Shown: positions 38,854-52,553, numbered from the stretch's first letter. The stretch: DNA of 64,000 nucleotides from Callorhinchus milii (GCF_018977255.1 NW_024704742.1:25112001-25176000); one strand, 5' to 3'. Made by a program: numbers and translations. The notes: generated from the letters alone by a model not told the origin.

Positions 38854-39560
38854 CTGTAATTTAAGGTAAAATGTAAGATTTTGCTAAAATTTCTAAATGA
38901 ATGTACTATTGGTCATTTTGAATTTACGCACATAACACACACTTTTAAATATACGCAGTATGGCCTCAATAGCTGAATTGGAACTATATCTGTGTCATGT
39001 GCTGTGTACATGGAGCACTTCTTGATACAAATATATAAATCTCTGCATCAGCACTGATGGTTGGTGGGTCAAACAGCCAAAAGATAGTAAGCTATTACTA
39101 TTGTAGGCAACATGTGTACATCAATTTGGACTTCAAAAAATTATTTGGCATGGCACCAACCTTGAACATTGATTGCTTGGCCACGCTTTTTAGAGAAGTG
39201 GTCCGGATATGATAGACCATGAGAAAAAGAGGAACTTAGTGCATTGGCTTGCTCTCCATGCAATTTACTTGAAGACTATTCAGGGCAATTTATTTGTGTG
39301 ACTGCTGATAAATGGCTATTCAAGCTGCTCAAGGGTAGCTAGATTACTCCTTATGGTACGTATATGTATAGGACATGCAATGAAGCCAACAATATTCTCA
39401 TCCGGGAAGTATTTCAGAAACATTGGCGGCATTATACGACCGAAACAACAATTTAGATATCGCATTACACATTCAGAATCACAGTTTATGATTATATACT
39501 AGAGATTAAACTCTTTAAACACAAAGGTAGAACCAGTCTGAATAGGACTTAATGACCTAC

Positions 39561-39687
39561 CATCATTGACTCTATAGCATAGGTTGCACTTCCACCTCCT
39601 TTGATCAAGGAAGGATACAAATGGGTTAATGTACGTTCTGCAGGTTCGGCATCTCACAATGGTACTGGACGTAATCACAGGCAAATG
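39561..39687 (-). CDS. SEC24B: SEC24B exon 9: HLPVITSSTIVRCRTCRTYINPFVSFLDQRRWKCNLCYRVND (zinc finger)
   Basis: AG/GT, 127 nt; CxxC..CxxC Sec23/24 zinc finger. Confidence 0.97.
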
Positions 39688-40364
39688 CTGAATCATCAAT
39701 AAAACCAATCATTAGTATTGAACACAAACTCCATCCTTTTCAACAAAAAGAAAAGTTGGTAACAACTTAAAGCAAAACACTGGAAGCAGCAATTCTAAGT
39801 ACAAAATAAACCTAATATCAATAACAACTTACATAGATAGGCCTGGCTGCACTCCTGTCTGTAACCTCAGTTGGCATAATTTTCTGTACGATGTCCAGTG
39901 GATAAATTGATTTATGTTCAGAGTACCCAGGATTCCTTCCTACGGTTATTAATATTAATAATCCTTGCATTTGATATACCTCTTTATAACAAGGTCAAAA
40001 CTTCTCAAAGCACTTCACAGGATATACTGTAAAGTTTAGGGGCTGTGCATTTTGAACGCAAATGCGGAGGCTAATCTGTACACACTGATGTCCCACAACA
40101 GCCACGAAATGAGTGACTATATTTTTTAGGGGGATTGTCAGCCAGAACACCAAAAGATACTTTATATTGTGAAAATAAACATCAGCTGTCAGGATTCACA
40201 CCACATTCACACTATAAGACTTTACAATAAAGTTCCACTGTATTAGGAAGAAGTTCAAGTTAAGAGGCAAGTAGTGTATTGTTAATAAGTTGTGAATTCC
40301 TGAAATGGGGTGTTAGGGCTAAACTTGATACAAAATAGATCTCATACTTTATAAACAAAGATAA

Positions 40365-40726
40365 TAATAATAATCCTTGCATTTGATATAGCCCCTTATC
40401 ACGTCTTTGAGCAGTATATCCTTCAAAGCACTTCACAGAATATACTGCAAAATGGACTGCCTGTATTTTTTGTGGATGAAACAAGGCGGCCAATGGCGCA
40501 CAGCAGTAATGGATTGAGTGGCCAAATTATTATTATTTTTGAAAGAATTATTATCCGCGGAAAAGCGATCTGCCAATCGACTAACAACTGGGTTCCCATT
40601 ACTGCTAGGAAAAGAGAGGCATGTGGAGTAAGGAAACTTGCTCAACGTTTCTCCTTGCTCGGGAATCGAGCCCAGGTCCTCTCGCTTGTGAGGCGAGTGC
40701 TCCATCCACTGAGCTAGAGGACTCCA
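40365..40726 (-). mobile_element. Full-length tRNA-derived SINE
   Basis: Reverse complement of the 68-440 family including head and tail. Confidence 0.85.
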
Positions 40727-42103
40727 CAATGTACTAAGTTTACAGATTTTCATTTGCTCAGCGCTACATTTCTTTGTCTTACTGAGTGCTGCATTACCAA
40801 TTCCTAGCTCAGATTACATCCAGATCATGTTTGGTCCATTTAAGATTCCTTCCAGTATATCATTAGCTGCTTCAGTTAGGGACTTTGCATTTATAGTTTT
40901 TAAGTAGTGGTTTGGTTCCAATTGTCCTGACGTATTCTATAAAGAGGCTATTCTTGGTGTCCAACCTCGTCATTGTTAAGTGTGAAGGGTGCTATATAAA
41001 TGCAAGTTGATGTTGTTGTTCTCTGGCCAAATTGCTCCAGTTCTAATAAAGGGTTCCACCTCAAACATTTTTGTTTTCTTCTATCATGTGCGGAGAGACC
41101 TGCTGTTCGATCATTTCCTTTTCATATTTTATATTACAAGCATTCACAGCTTTCTCTTTTACCACTACATGGAGGAGCACAACATACAATACAACATTTT
41201 GCCGGACAGGAACATAGCAGGATTCTTTAATACAGACACCAAGTGGGGATTCCTTCCAGTAACCAGAAGTATCAAACACTGTTTTGGAGATCTCTGCTCC
41301 AAAGTAGATCACATAAGAGTGGAGATCCAACAAATCAGCTTGATGTACAGAGTAGATCACATCTGAGTGGAGTTCCAAGGAGTTAGTATGACACACATAG
41401 TGGAGATCCCACAAGTCAGTGTGACAAACCACTGGTTTCCTGATCAAGGAATCCTGTTATAAATCACTACATGTCAGCCTCATAGTGGAAAAAGGAAATG
41501 ACAATATATATTTTGATTCTGAGATATGGAAACACACTGGTGTTTAAAGCTACTGTATAAAATATTGATCTGTCTGCATCTGGAGTACTGTGTAGGAATA
41601 GCGTTATGTTCTTTATGACGCAACCAAGATAATTCCAGGAACCTGGATTGTAAGGAATGGTTACAGAAGATGGGTGGGTTTGCTGTGGGAAAGAGACTTC
41701 TAAGGTGAACCTAATTGAAGATTTCAAGGTTAAGAACGGAACTCACTGAAGTTTATCAGCAAAATTGTTCACTTTAACAAAAGGTCCAAATATAGAGGGA
41801 TGGGAATCAGACAACAGCTCGGTGTTTCCAACCCATCTTTTTGATTAGCATATATTCCTACGCATCCTGCCATTGCATAGCAATGGGGAAAATTCCATTC
41901 TTGCACAATGCAGATTAAAATAGTAAATGTATGAAATGGAGGAAGTTCCATCACTGCACATACCAAAGTGAGTAGAACAGATCAGTGCAAACCAGGGTGT
42001 TTTATGATGAAAATTATTAATAACCTACACAGATTAACAGCTGCACTCTTGTGAAAAATAACACAAAAATAACACAATAGAATTTTTTTTAAAAGTCAAT
42101 TAC

Positions 42104-42206
42104 CGTCAAGTCTCTGAAGGGATGCAGCAATAACCCAAGAGGAAGCTTTGCTTTGTTCAACAAATTTTGGGTCTGAGGGATGTTTGTTAAGGTGCATCGG
42201 AATAAG
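42104..42206 (-). CDS. SEC24B: SEC24B exon 8: LFRCTLTNIPQTQNLLNKAKLPLGLLLHPFRDLT
   Basis: AG/GT, 103 nt, phase 2 to 0. Confidence 0.97.
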
Positions 42207-43048
42207 CTGAGAACAAACGGAACAGCAGAAAGAGAATTAAAACCCTTGTCTGTCTATTGTGCAATAAATACAATGATCAGGGTAAAATATTTTACTTCCA
42301 TCCAAAACCTTGCCTTTCGTGTTTATAGCATATGTTCTATGTGCGTGGGGCGGGGGTAGGGGGGAAAAAGAAGGAAGCAAGAGAAAAACTATTTAAAAAC
42401 TGCTATGAAATCATGCAAATCCAGGTTGCAGCAAATGTTTCATCTTCAATATCATATCAAGTTGATTTATAAAGAAATGGATATCACTGAAGACCTACCA
42501 ACAAAATTCTGTGCGCAGCGATTCCAAGCACGGACAGCTCGTGTTGAGTGATAATAGTTGGGATTAAATGGAGACCTAATTTGTGATATTCTCAAAATGG
42601 ATGGAAAGCGTTAAATGCCATTTCCTTTTAATGTCCAATATTCTCAAAATGGCCAATAACGATTTCCAAAAGGGCATCAAAAGGAAGGAGAGCAGAACTG
42701 ATGACTCTGTGACTCAACCAGATATTCTAAAAACAAAACCATTTGGCACAATGTAAGAATGATTAATGGGTTTAAAGGTGAGCAACTGGAAACCAAACAT
42801 GCTCATGCTGATGTGACAAAGTACAACATTAATTTTTACAAGCTATTTCACTGTGAAATGTAGGCTCGAAACAGTAGTTAGTGAGTAGTTGAGCATGGAT
42901 GGGGAGAGGAAGAAAACATACAACAACAATAGATATTATGCCAGAACCCTGTAGTGATAATACAAAAACAATCACTGTCTGATAAAGAGCTCAACTATAA
43001 CTATAAATTCATCCAATGTCCTGGGTAATAGGAGAATAACAGACTTAC

Positions 43049-43233
43049 TCAGGGCTGCAGTTAACTTTTCTCAGTTCTGGACTTAAATTGGGTTGAGGGC
43101 TCTGGAGTGGAACGGGTGGAAGAATATTCCTATCTTGAAGCAGACTCACAAGCTTCAGAGCTTCTGCCTGCTGGTTATTCTGCAATCCAAGACCCTCCAT
43201 TGCTGGTAAAAGCTGTTTAACACCAGGATAAGT
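43049..43233 (-). CDS. SEC24B: SEC24B exon 7: TYPGVKQLLPAMEGLGLQ...NLSPELRKVNCSPD
   Basis: AG/GTAAGT, 185 nt, phase 0 to 2; homologous to human QYPGVNQL..RNILP..LNCSPD. Confidence 0.93.
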
Positions 43234-44001
43234 CTGAAATCAAAGTGAAAATAAAGATTTGCATACAGGTTTTAAGTCTCAGTACCCCTCGTTACTGGTC
43301 AGACAGGTGTCTCAACACGTGAAGAAACCTATCGCCATGCTTAAGTCCCACCTATCCATACGCCCACACATGAAAATTTTCTTGTGACCAGAAAAGAATA
43401 CCCTCTCTTCCTGGAGTGATGCACCCTGTTTAATTCTGTAGAGTATTTGGCACAAGGCACACAGAGTGTGTGTTGGGACACTGCTGAAGCTTAACCAGCT
43501 AAATCCAAATCGATTGCCATTGAAAGCACTGTCTGGCAAGTTTCCCGCTGCTTGTCCATCTAGGACCAACACACCCATTACGCCTTTGGCTTGAAGGGTC
43601 TTGAACGGATAATACAAGCCGAATCGGAAAAATCCTTGCTCCCACTGACATGTCTGACCCTCAACCTCCTGCTGAAAAGCCAGGCTGCCTGGAATACTGC
43701 AGACGTGACTCAGAAACTGGACTCCTGAGACTCCCACAGAGGATTGACTCCATTCCAGCATTCTGGTGCCAAGCAGGTTAACTTGTAGCCAGTCCAGCAC
43801 CAAGGAGACACCACTTACTTCCCTCTCCAATGAAGCTGAGAGAGAAAGAGCATGCAAGCATGAGAGTGTGAAAGGTCCTACTGGTGTATTTATGTTACAT
43901 CAGTACTTATAACCTCTAGATGTATAAATAATTTAGTCACACATAGCATTGATATAAAAGGTCTATCTTTAAATTGCAGAAGCTGAGTCCAGCATTTTAA
44001 T

Positions 44002-44154
44002 ATAAAACAAAACCCCAAATTTTGCAGATGCTGGAAACCTGAAACAAAAACAGAGTTCTGACAAAGGGTCGTGGACCCAAAACGTTGACTCACTTTCCTT
44101 TCTTCAAAGATGCTGCCTGACCTGCTGAGTGTTCCAAGCGACTTCTGTTTTTGT
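44002..44154 (+). mobile_element. Short Penelope-like-derived element with decayed hammerhead ribozyme core
   Basis: GCAGATGCTGGAAA..CTGACAAAGGGTCGTGGACCCAAAACGTTGACTC..AGATGCTGCCTGACCTGCTGAG; flanked by 14-bp direct repeat TCCAGCATTTTAAT. Confidence 0.7.
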
Positions 44155-44622
44155 TCCAGCATTTTAATGCCAAGTGAAAACAGAAACCAATTAATAAGTT
44201 AAATTAAACTGATCTGAATCCAAGATTATTTGTGAAGATTATTGTGTCAAGACAGCTGTAGAATTCTCAGGCTAGTTTGGATCTTCTTAAGCATGGTGAT
44301 GGGTTTCTGCATGTGACAGACAGATACTGATTTGGAGCCACTTAATTTGGCGTCACTGAATTGACACCAACATCGAATCCTTAAGGAAATTAAAGTACCA
44401 CCCCAGAGCAACTTTCATCTTTAGAAATCTTGTATGCGTTGCTCCTATAAGATAACAGACCCTCAACATTCCCAAACAGATCAGAAGTCTTCCATCACTG
44501 TGACTGCTGGTGGCAAAGATGAAAGCACATCTCAACATGTTCAAGGGGAGGGATTATATAGTATTAACGAGGCAGCCTGCTGTTGAGAATCAAACATTAG
44601 ATTATATCTATACACCTCGTAC

Positions 44623-44795
44623 CTGAGGAAACTGCTGGGGGGCTGGAGGATACCCTGGACCAGTGGGCTGCGTAACAGTAGCCACATTCTGGTAGCCAGT
44701 CTGAAGTGTTGGATATGTATAGCCAAATGGCTTAGTAGTCTTTAATGTATGTGGGTCAGGAGGAAAAGAGGCCGCAGTGGTTGAAGCTGGTGTAT
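44623..44795 (-). CDS. SEC24B: SEC24B exon 6: DTPASTTAASFPPDPHTLKTTKPFGYTYPTLQTGYQN...QQFPQ
   Basis: AG/GT, 173 nt; KPFGYxYPTLQxGYQN conserved with human. Confidence 0.93.
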
Positions 44796-45398
44796 CTGCA
44801 AACATAAACCAAGCATTTCAGAAATTGACACTATTTTACGCTGCGGATAGGGATGAGCAATTTTAACAAGATGGCTGCTAACATTTAAGCACAGTATTAA
44901 TTATTCAAAGGAACTCACTGTCTACCATGAGTGGTGAGCCAATTCATCCAGGAAGTTCATCGATAGTTCAAAGTGTAAAGAGAACCAACATGCAATTCAG
45001 CGATGCAAAGCCAGCATATGGAGGGGATGAGATTACAAACCACAAATGATATTCACTTGCCAAGATTGTGCAATGCAATTTGGTTGGAAAAAAGAAAAAG
45101 TTGTGCAAACTACAAAACAAAGAATTGAAGAAGAGCCTTGTTTAAAGTGTATATAATGTTAACTCATTTACGAATTAAATGATGATGGCAATTCTGCGAT
45201 TTAATTTGCATGATTAAAAAGCCTTCAAAGGTTCACTGCAGAGAGTAAATGTAAATTGTATTTAAAGCTGTGTGCTGATATAGGGATGGATCTGTGAAAT
45301 AGTGTATGGATAACATTTGAAATCTTCAAAGACGTATAACTTCAAAGTATTAAACCTTTAAAGTATTAAGTATTTGTGTTAATGGAAACAAAAATCAC

Positions 45399-45482
45399 CT
45401 TGGTATCCTCCGCCTTCCAAAGTATCATAGTTATTGGGAAGTGAAGTGTTAGTGGATGTAGAGGAAGAGGAGTCATCCACAC
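45399..45482 (-). CDS. SEC24B: SEC24B exon 5: GVDDSSSSTSTNTSLPNNYDTLEGGGYQ
   Basis: AG/GT, 84 nt, phase 1-1; matches human GVDSSST..YDALEGGSY. Confidence 0.92.
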
Positions 45483-46500
45483 CTGGAAAACAATAGACAA
45501 TCTGTATCATGTCTAAACCATTAAACCATATGCAGGGTCTGAGTTTATGGACCAAAATCACCATGTTAGAATGGTGTGACAGAGCCCTCCTCCTTTGAGG
45601 CCTAAAATTTCAGGTTAACATGCAGAGCTGTTGAAAATTCTTAAATTCTGCCTTAATTTGGAAACTGCTTCATCATGAGAACTGCAGAAAACTAGCATTC
45701 AAGTTAGAAAGGAATTTAAGAATTATCCACAGTTATATGCAATCTTAATTTTTAAGACAAAACAGTCTTACAGCCAAAGACTTAAAAATGTTAGCTCTCT
45801 GATGTCCACAAATAGGTAATTGCCAGCATAGTTACTTGATGGTTATAATGCATTTGCACCCAATTATTTTTTTCTATCTGTCGGCTGGGGATTCTGACAT
45901 ATTTGATTGATTAGGTAACCCCTGTACAACCAGTGATAAAGCTAGTGACCTCCTGCTCAGTGTGGATTGGCCTACAACAAGGTGTACAGTGCAAAGGGCG
46001 TATTTAGCCAATGAATCACCAAAGTATCTGTTGTTTCACCAAACTGCCTTATTTCTACTGCAAAATCTTGAATGACGAGTTATAACATTTTTCATGCACA
46101 AATAAATAGCAGTGAACTGAATTACAATATCTTCAATCTATAAAATGATATTGAAGGCTTTCGAAATAACTCAAAACATAAATTTTAAAACAGACATAAT
46201 GGTTGCATAAGTTGCAGTTCTTGATAACTATTACATATATATATATAATAATCCTTGCATTTGATATAGCGCCTTATCACGTCTTCGAGACATCTCAAAG
46301 TGCTTCACAGAATATACTGTAAAATGAATTGACTGTATATTTTGTGGGCAAAATAATATATATATTGATATATTCCCACTATTCTGATTCGTTATGGTGT
46401 CATTTACAAAAGAGTTAAATCAATTTCATATATAAATCAACCTGACAGATGTTTTGATTGTAATTCAAAATTCACTAGAACTACTTATGATTGCCTAGAG

Positions 46501-46685
46501 CAGGGTGGTCTAACTGGCAGCCCATGGGTCATTTCATTCGACTCCCCTCCATTCATCTGACCCACCTGATCCCTCCAAACCCTTAAATGTTGTTAAGGGA
46601 AACAAAAATATTGCTTATGCAGCCCGCAGATGTTTCTCAAAAAATGGCATCCAGCCTTCAGCAGCCAAAAGGTTGGACCTTCCTA
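46501..46685. mobile_element. hAT-type MITE, 185 bp
   Basis: Imperfect TIRs CAGGGTGGTCTAAC / GTTGGACCTTCCTA; perfect 8-bp TSD GCCTAGAG at 46493-46500 and 46686-46693. Confidence 0.8.
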
Positions 46686-47851
46686 GCCTAGAGGACTCCT
46701 CTGGTCCCATTATCAGCTTGCTAAGATTTCCCACTCTAATATGCACAATAGCAACTTGCATTTACATAGTGCCATCATGTATGGTAAACTCTAAAAGTGT
46801 TTCACATGGACACTCGCCAAATAATAAACTCATGTCCCACAACCTTATAATAATAATCCTTGCATTTGATATAGCGCCTTATCACATCTTTGAAAAGTTT
46901 CAAAGGCGCATCACCGGGTTGGGGGCTGTGGGAGTGTGTGGAAGGGGAGGATAGAGGAGATTGGAGAGAATTTTTTTTTAAGATAAGGTACCAGGAAGTA
47001 AATGATTTGTAGATGATGGTGAGGACCTTGGAAAGGACCCAGGAAGCCAGTGGAGACTAGCAAGGACTGGGGTCATGGTTGTGCAGGCAAACATTTTATC
47101 TCAGCATCAATCAGTGACTAAATCTCATACCACATCCAACTCGTCACATCAATACAGATGGTGAATTTGCTTACTGCAAGTGTATGAATTAAGAAGAGTT
47201 TAGTTTGAGGTGAAAAGGTCTCCCCAGTATAGAAGCAAAAAGCAAACACACTGTACTTTTACTTAGATTTACTGTACAGCATGGAAGCAGGCCATTTCGC
47301 TCAACCAATCCATGTAAGTGTTTATACTCTACACAAGCCATCTTACATAAGCATTTGATTTGAAATTTTATTAAATTACAAGCTAATTCTGAGCCATATA
47401 AAACATTTATCAGGGATTTATTTTAAAGAACCCTCGAGGACTCTATACCAAATGAACATTTATACTACATGTTGTCATTTGTAAAAAAACAAAACAAAAG
47501 CTGCATTTCTAATTTACTTATCATCGAACCATCACAAAGTATTTCACAAACAATCACGGTCAAGTGTAGTGACTGTTTTTGTATGGAAATGTGGTAATCA
47601 TTTTGCCCTTGCAAAGCCCACAAGCAGGTACAAGATGAATGCCAAATTTAGCTGGAGAATTATTGGCCAGGAGAAATTTATTTCTCTTTTTCAATAGGGG
47701 CATGAGATCCTTAACGTCCACCTGAACTGGCAGACAGGACCTCAGTTTAATATCTCATCCAAAAGAGGGCACCTCAGACAATGTGCAGTGCTCACCCAAT
47801 AATGCATCCTGGAGTATCACCCTGGACTATGAACCCAAGTCCCACAATCTT

Positions 47852-48217
47852 ATAATAATAATCCTTGCATTTGATATAGCGCCTTATCACGTCTTTGAAA
47901 CGTCTCAAAACGCTACATAGAATATACTGTAAAGTGAATTGACTGTATATCTTATGGGTGAAAAGTCGCAGCCAATTGCGCACAGCAGTGTCCCACAAAC
48001 AGTCGGAGTGACCAAATTATTATTTTATTTCTTTATATATATACATTTTATTGAAGGGATTATTACCCCCAGAAAATCGATCCGCCTATCAACTAACAAT
48101 CGGGTTCCTACTTACTGCAGGTAAACAGAAGTGTGTGGAATAAGGAAACTTGCCCAATGTTTCACCCTGCCGGGAATCAAACCCAGATCCTCCCGCATGC
48201 GAGGTGAGTGCTCTAAT
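47852..48217 (-). mobile_element. tRNA-derived SINE (adjacent to a Deu-SINE fragment at 47520-47850)
   Basis: Reverse complement of the 68-440 family. Confidence 0.82.
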
Positions 48218-49500
48218 CTCTAAGCTTCAGGATTCCACCTTTTGATCCAAAGGCAAAACTGCTACCAATATAAGCCAGACAATCAAACCAAACATATATA
48301 TATAGGAACAAAGCATGGTACAAACTCCCTTTACTTTTATTATTATTAATAATGAACACATTTTTAAAAACGTAGGACTTGATAAGTACCTGCACCAACT
48401 CTCGCACAGTGAAAATGCTTCTCGAGTCAGTGCTTCTGTTGCCATCACCATTACACAACATACTGTTTGAGACAAAGAATGCATAATAGAAAGTAAAGGG
48501 AATCACCATGATAGAACTACAAACTCAGAGATTGTACTGTAAATCATATTCAGCAGAAGTAATTTGGATAAATTGTATATTTTGCAAAATAATATGAATT
48601 TTGCATCAATTTATTAAAATGCTCATATGGAAGGCTTTGAGTTTTATTGCATGGAATATGTGTGACAAGTACAGTAGATTAGACTGCGCCTTCGACAAGA
48701 AAATGTTCGCACACAACCACAAACATGGTCTGCTAAGTGACGGATTAAGTCTCCATCTAGATTATTTTTTTTGTTGTCGCAGCTCAGGCACCCCACTGTT
48801 ATATCACTGCTTTCCAGTCTGCCACGAACTTGTTTTCGTGGTCTGTCTCAACTGCATTGTTCTCCCAAATTGACGACTGTTACCAAATCCATCTATCTGT
48901 TATTGAAAATTTTCTTTGGATCATCGCTCTCCCTTTCCCTGACAGCTCTCAATTGTTTAATGTAAAGCAAGGCACTACACACATCACTTCACTCATTCTC
49001 ACCACCGCCCTGTTTCCTTTTGCACAAAAAATTTAGCCCCAAGGAAAAGATTACTTCAAGAAAACAAAATGCTTCAACCATAAAAGCAAGAATCATACAA
49101 TGTGGAGGGCATAATAGGCAAGGAACATTAGTTCCCTAAAAAATGAACTACTTCAAACCACATTCTTCGCTCACTTTGTAGGCTTGTGGATTACAAAGAT
49201 TTAGTTTAATTTCCTCTTGATAAACAAGCATTTATTTTATACACCCGTCCACAGTGCAATATATTTTGCATACTAATATACTGTACTTGCTCACGGTTTA
49301 TTATTTATTGATTAACACAAGGGATTTACTTGCTTTAGGTCATGCATGATGTGCCGCAGCATTTCATAGAAATGACAGCAGAGGAAGAGGACATTGGGCC
49401 CATGGAGCCATTTAGATCCTGTGAAGATTTGCCAATGATTTACAGCAAATTAGCTTAACATGTGCAACATTCAGGACGTCTGTTAAAACGTAAAGCACAC

Positions 49501-49596
49501 CTGCTTCATCATCATCATCCTCATCATCTGAAGTTGATGACAAGGGACTTGGTGCTGAATTAACTTGATTATTAGCAACATATCCATAGTGCATGC
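49501..49596 (-). CDS. SEC24B: SEC24B exon 4: GMHYGYVANNQVNSAPSPLSSTSDDEDDDDEA (acidic)
   Basis: AG/GT, 96 nt, phase 1-1; matches human GVQYGEYVNNQASSAPTPLSSTSDDEEEE. Confidence 0.93.
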
Positions 49597-51238
49597 CTGT
49601 AAAGTGGAAAGCACAAAACACAAGAAAAATTAAGAAGCACAAGAATAAAAGAATTACACAGCAAGCTAACAGGTTACAGAGCAAGTAGATAATAACAGCA
49701 GAGCTCAGACAAAACATATTATACAATTAATACACAAAACTATTACAACATTAATACATTCAAAGCAACCAGCAAATGTTGTCTGCACCTCATTTTGTGC
49801 TTGTAACAAATACATTTAGAGGTAACAGTATTACTCTGGATACACAAAAAGACATTCTCCCCTCAGTTACACAGAGAAATACAAATACAAATATGCTCCT
49901 ATGATAAAAGTTAAGAATACCTACCTTGTTTTCATTCTTTAACCAAAATTATCCTCAATATACCCCAGGAGTAGCCAGAGTATTCAATAAGAAGAATTGC
50001 AAGGAGTACTTTTAAAGAATTTTTGAATTAATTAGTACAATTAGACTGGCAGCCACTTGTCTCTCCCTTCACACACCACATATAGGTCCATTCACCACAA
50101 CCTGTAGTACTCTTCTACGGTGAAAATAACATTTTGTTACATATGAAACCAAGGCTACTAAGTAATAACCTGTGGTGAAATCTAATAGCTGAGATATTAT
50201 TGATCAATTGTAATAACCTGGAGTTCACCAACACACGTGCCTGCCACAAGTGCCATTTCCCTTCACAAGTCGACAGTTAATGTAAAAGTTTGGAGAGGAT
50301 TGTGAATACATTTATGAAGTATTAAGTTAAAAACATAAGGAGCAGTAAGGAATAAAGATCTGAGTTGCATTCCTATGTCTTTTACATGATACAAGAAGGA
50401 TGTATTTCTCAAAACATTTGTAGAACTGCTGCAACATTCATTCTCATGAAACCAAATTGAAGAATCAGCAAATGCTGGAGATAAAGACTATCAATCAGCA
50501 TGTCACAGAATGACAGCTCCAGTTTCTTGGATGAATATCAAGTGGTATTGACAGGGAATAAAAGAAACTCGTACAGAATCCTTCAAGCATGCTGACTGGT
50601 TACTTTTGATCAATCATTTGCAACTTGAGGTAGCTGGCAAGTTACTAGAAACTGCTGTTCGCCTGCAAAATACAGTCACTACATGTTACAGTAAATTCCA
50701 TGCAGTGCTCTACCAAATGTGATACAGTGAAGAGCAGCTTGAATAGTTGGCAACTCTACAGGTTAAATGAATGTACCTGGCATGGAAATGTATCTGGAAT
50801 GTAACCACAAATTAAGAGTGGTTTTACACAGAGAACGTGAAAAAAAACTTTGTTGGTACTGCCCCTCAAGACATAATAATAATAATGGTGACGAGCCTAA
50901 AATAACTCAAGCTAAAAAAAACATACAATGTTTAACACGATTTATGTGCAACCTGCAGTCCACTCAAGTCAGTTAAAATCTAGATTAGTGACCAGAAGAT
51001 TGAAATTACAGTGGTTCACTCAACCTTATGCTCTTTCAAGGTGGAATGTACCAGGTGTAAAGTGGAGGCACGTAAGATCTCTTTGGGGTTGAAATATGAT
51101 CCAGGAGAGAAATGAGGGACCCTGGCAACTTATAGCCCAAAGAAACACTGCTAAAAGGTTCCTGGGTTTATCTTATGGAGCAATTACCAACACAAGCATG
51201 TGTTTCTACTCCTTTCTGCCATTCCAAAGATAATTAGT

Positions 51239-51620
51239 GAAGTCCTGTAGCTCAGTGGTTAGAGCACTCAACTCACAAGCAAGAGACCTGGGTTTGATTC
51301 CTGGCAAGGCGAAATGTTGGGCAGGTTACCTTACTCCACACGATTCTGTTTACCTAGCAGTATGTAGGAACCCGGTTGTTAGTCAATTGTTGGAACACTT
51401 TTCCGGGGATAATAATCCGTAAAAAAATAATAATTTGGTCACTCAATCCACGATTGTCTGTGGGAAAGTGCTGGGTGCAACTGGCTATCACATTTCGCCC
51501 ACAAGCATGCAATCAATTCACTTTACAGTATATTCTGTGAAGCACTTTGAGACGGCTACAAGACGTGAAAAGCGCTATATCAAATGCAAGCATTATTATT
51601 ATTATATTATTATTATAATA
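51239..51620 (+). mobile_element. Full-length tRNA-derived SINE
   Basis: AGTCCTGTAGCTCAGTGGTTAGAG head, TTTACCTAGCAGTATGTAGGAAC centre, (TTA)n tail. Confidence 0.85.
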
Positions 51621-52254
51621 ATCTTCTGGTTCGGTTGAGTCTTTTCAGACCACCAGTAAAATCTCAGCTGATTTGTTCTACCATACGACCTTTCTACCAT
51701 CAAAGGACAACTCAACCAACTTGGCCTGCAGGACCATCGGAAGACCCAAAATATGCAGCCAGGTAAGACATTAGATCAGGATGTTCAGCTTGTACATCTA
51801 GGGAACCCACTATGGGAGAGGTGGATGGCTTGAGCAGTAAGATTGCCATAACATCTATTATATGAAGCTGGAGCCTCCTATTTACAATGAAGGAGTCTAC
51901 ATGAGGAATAGTGAAGTCTCTCACACAAGGGATCTGTGTGGTCGGTCTCAGAAAAAAAATGTGACTAGGATAAGATTTCTGGTCAATGAATATAAAGGCT
52001 CAAAATTCTACACTATGAAGATCAATGTCCTATAAATTGAGCTGTTTGGACAGTTTCTCTGGATGTTGAGTTCTTAATCCTGGGAAGGGACTTAATATAC
52101 AACTGGAGGACAATGCCAAAGTAAACAATGAGAATACGTTCAAGGGCTCCAATGGATACCCGGTGAATTTACTGAACATGGAAAACTCTTGTGGTGCACT
52201 CGGTCTGAGAGAATAATCCAAGATATATTGGGCACAATTTCATATTATGCTTCA

Positions 52255-52553
52255 GATCCTTCGATGAGAGATTAAACCGAGGTCCCGCCTGTCTATTCAG
52301 GTGGATGCTAAAGATCCCATGGCACTATTCAAAAAGAGAAGAATTTCTCCCGTGTCCTGGTCAACAATCTCCCCAAATAAAAATGGTGACATATCATGGC
52401 TGTTTGTGAGATATTGCCGTGCACAATTGTGCTGCCATGTTTGCCTACAATTACAGAGTCACTTCATTTCACAGTGAATCCTGTGAAGCGTTTTCAGACA
52501 TTCTTCTGAAGTGATAAGGTGTTATACCAAATGCAAGGATTATTAATATTATT
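52255..52553 (+). mobile_element. Deu-domain SINE 3' half
   Basis: GATGAGAGATTAAACCGAGGTCC..CAGGTGGATGCTAAAGATCCCATGGCACTATTC..GTGTCCTGG. Confidence 0.8.

Noticed and set aside
40989..41460. Overlapping 125-128 aa ORFs with degenerate AGTAGATCACAT/GTGGAGATCC repeats
   Set aside because: No recognisable domain, splice signals or element termini; probably a repeat remnant
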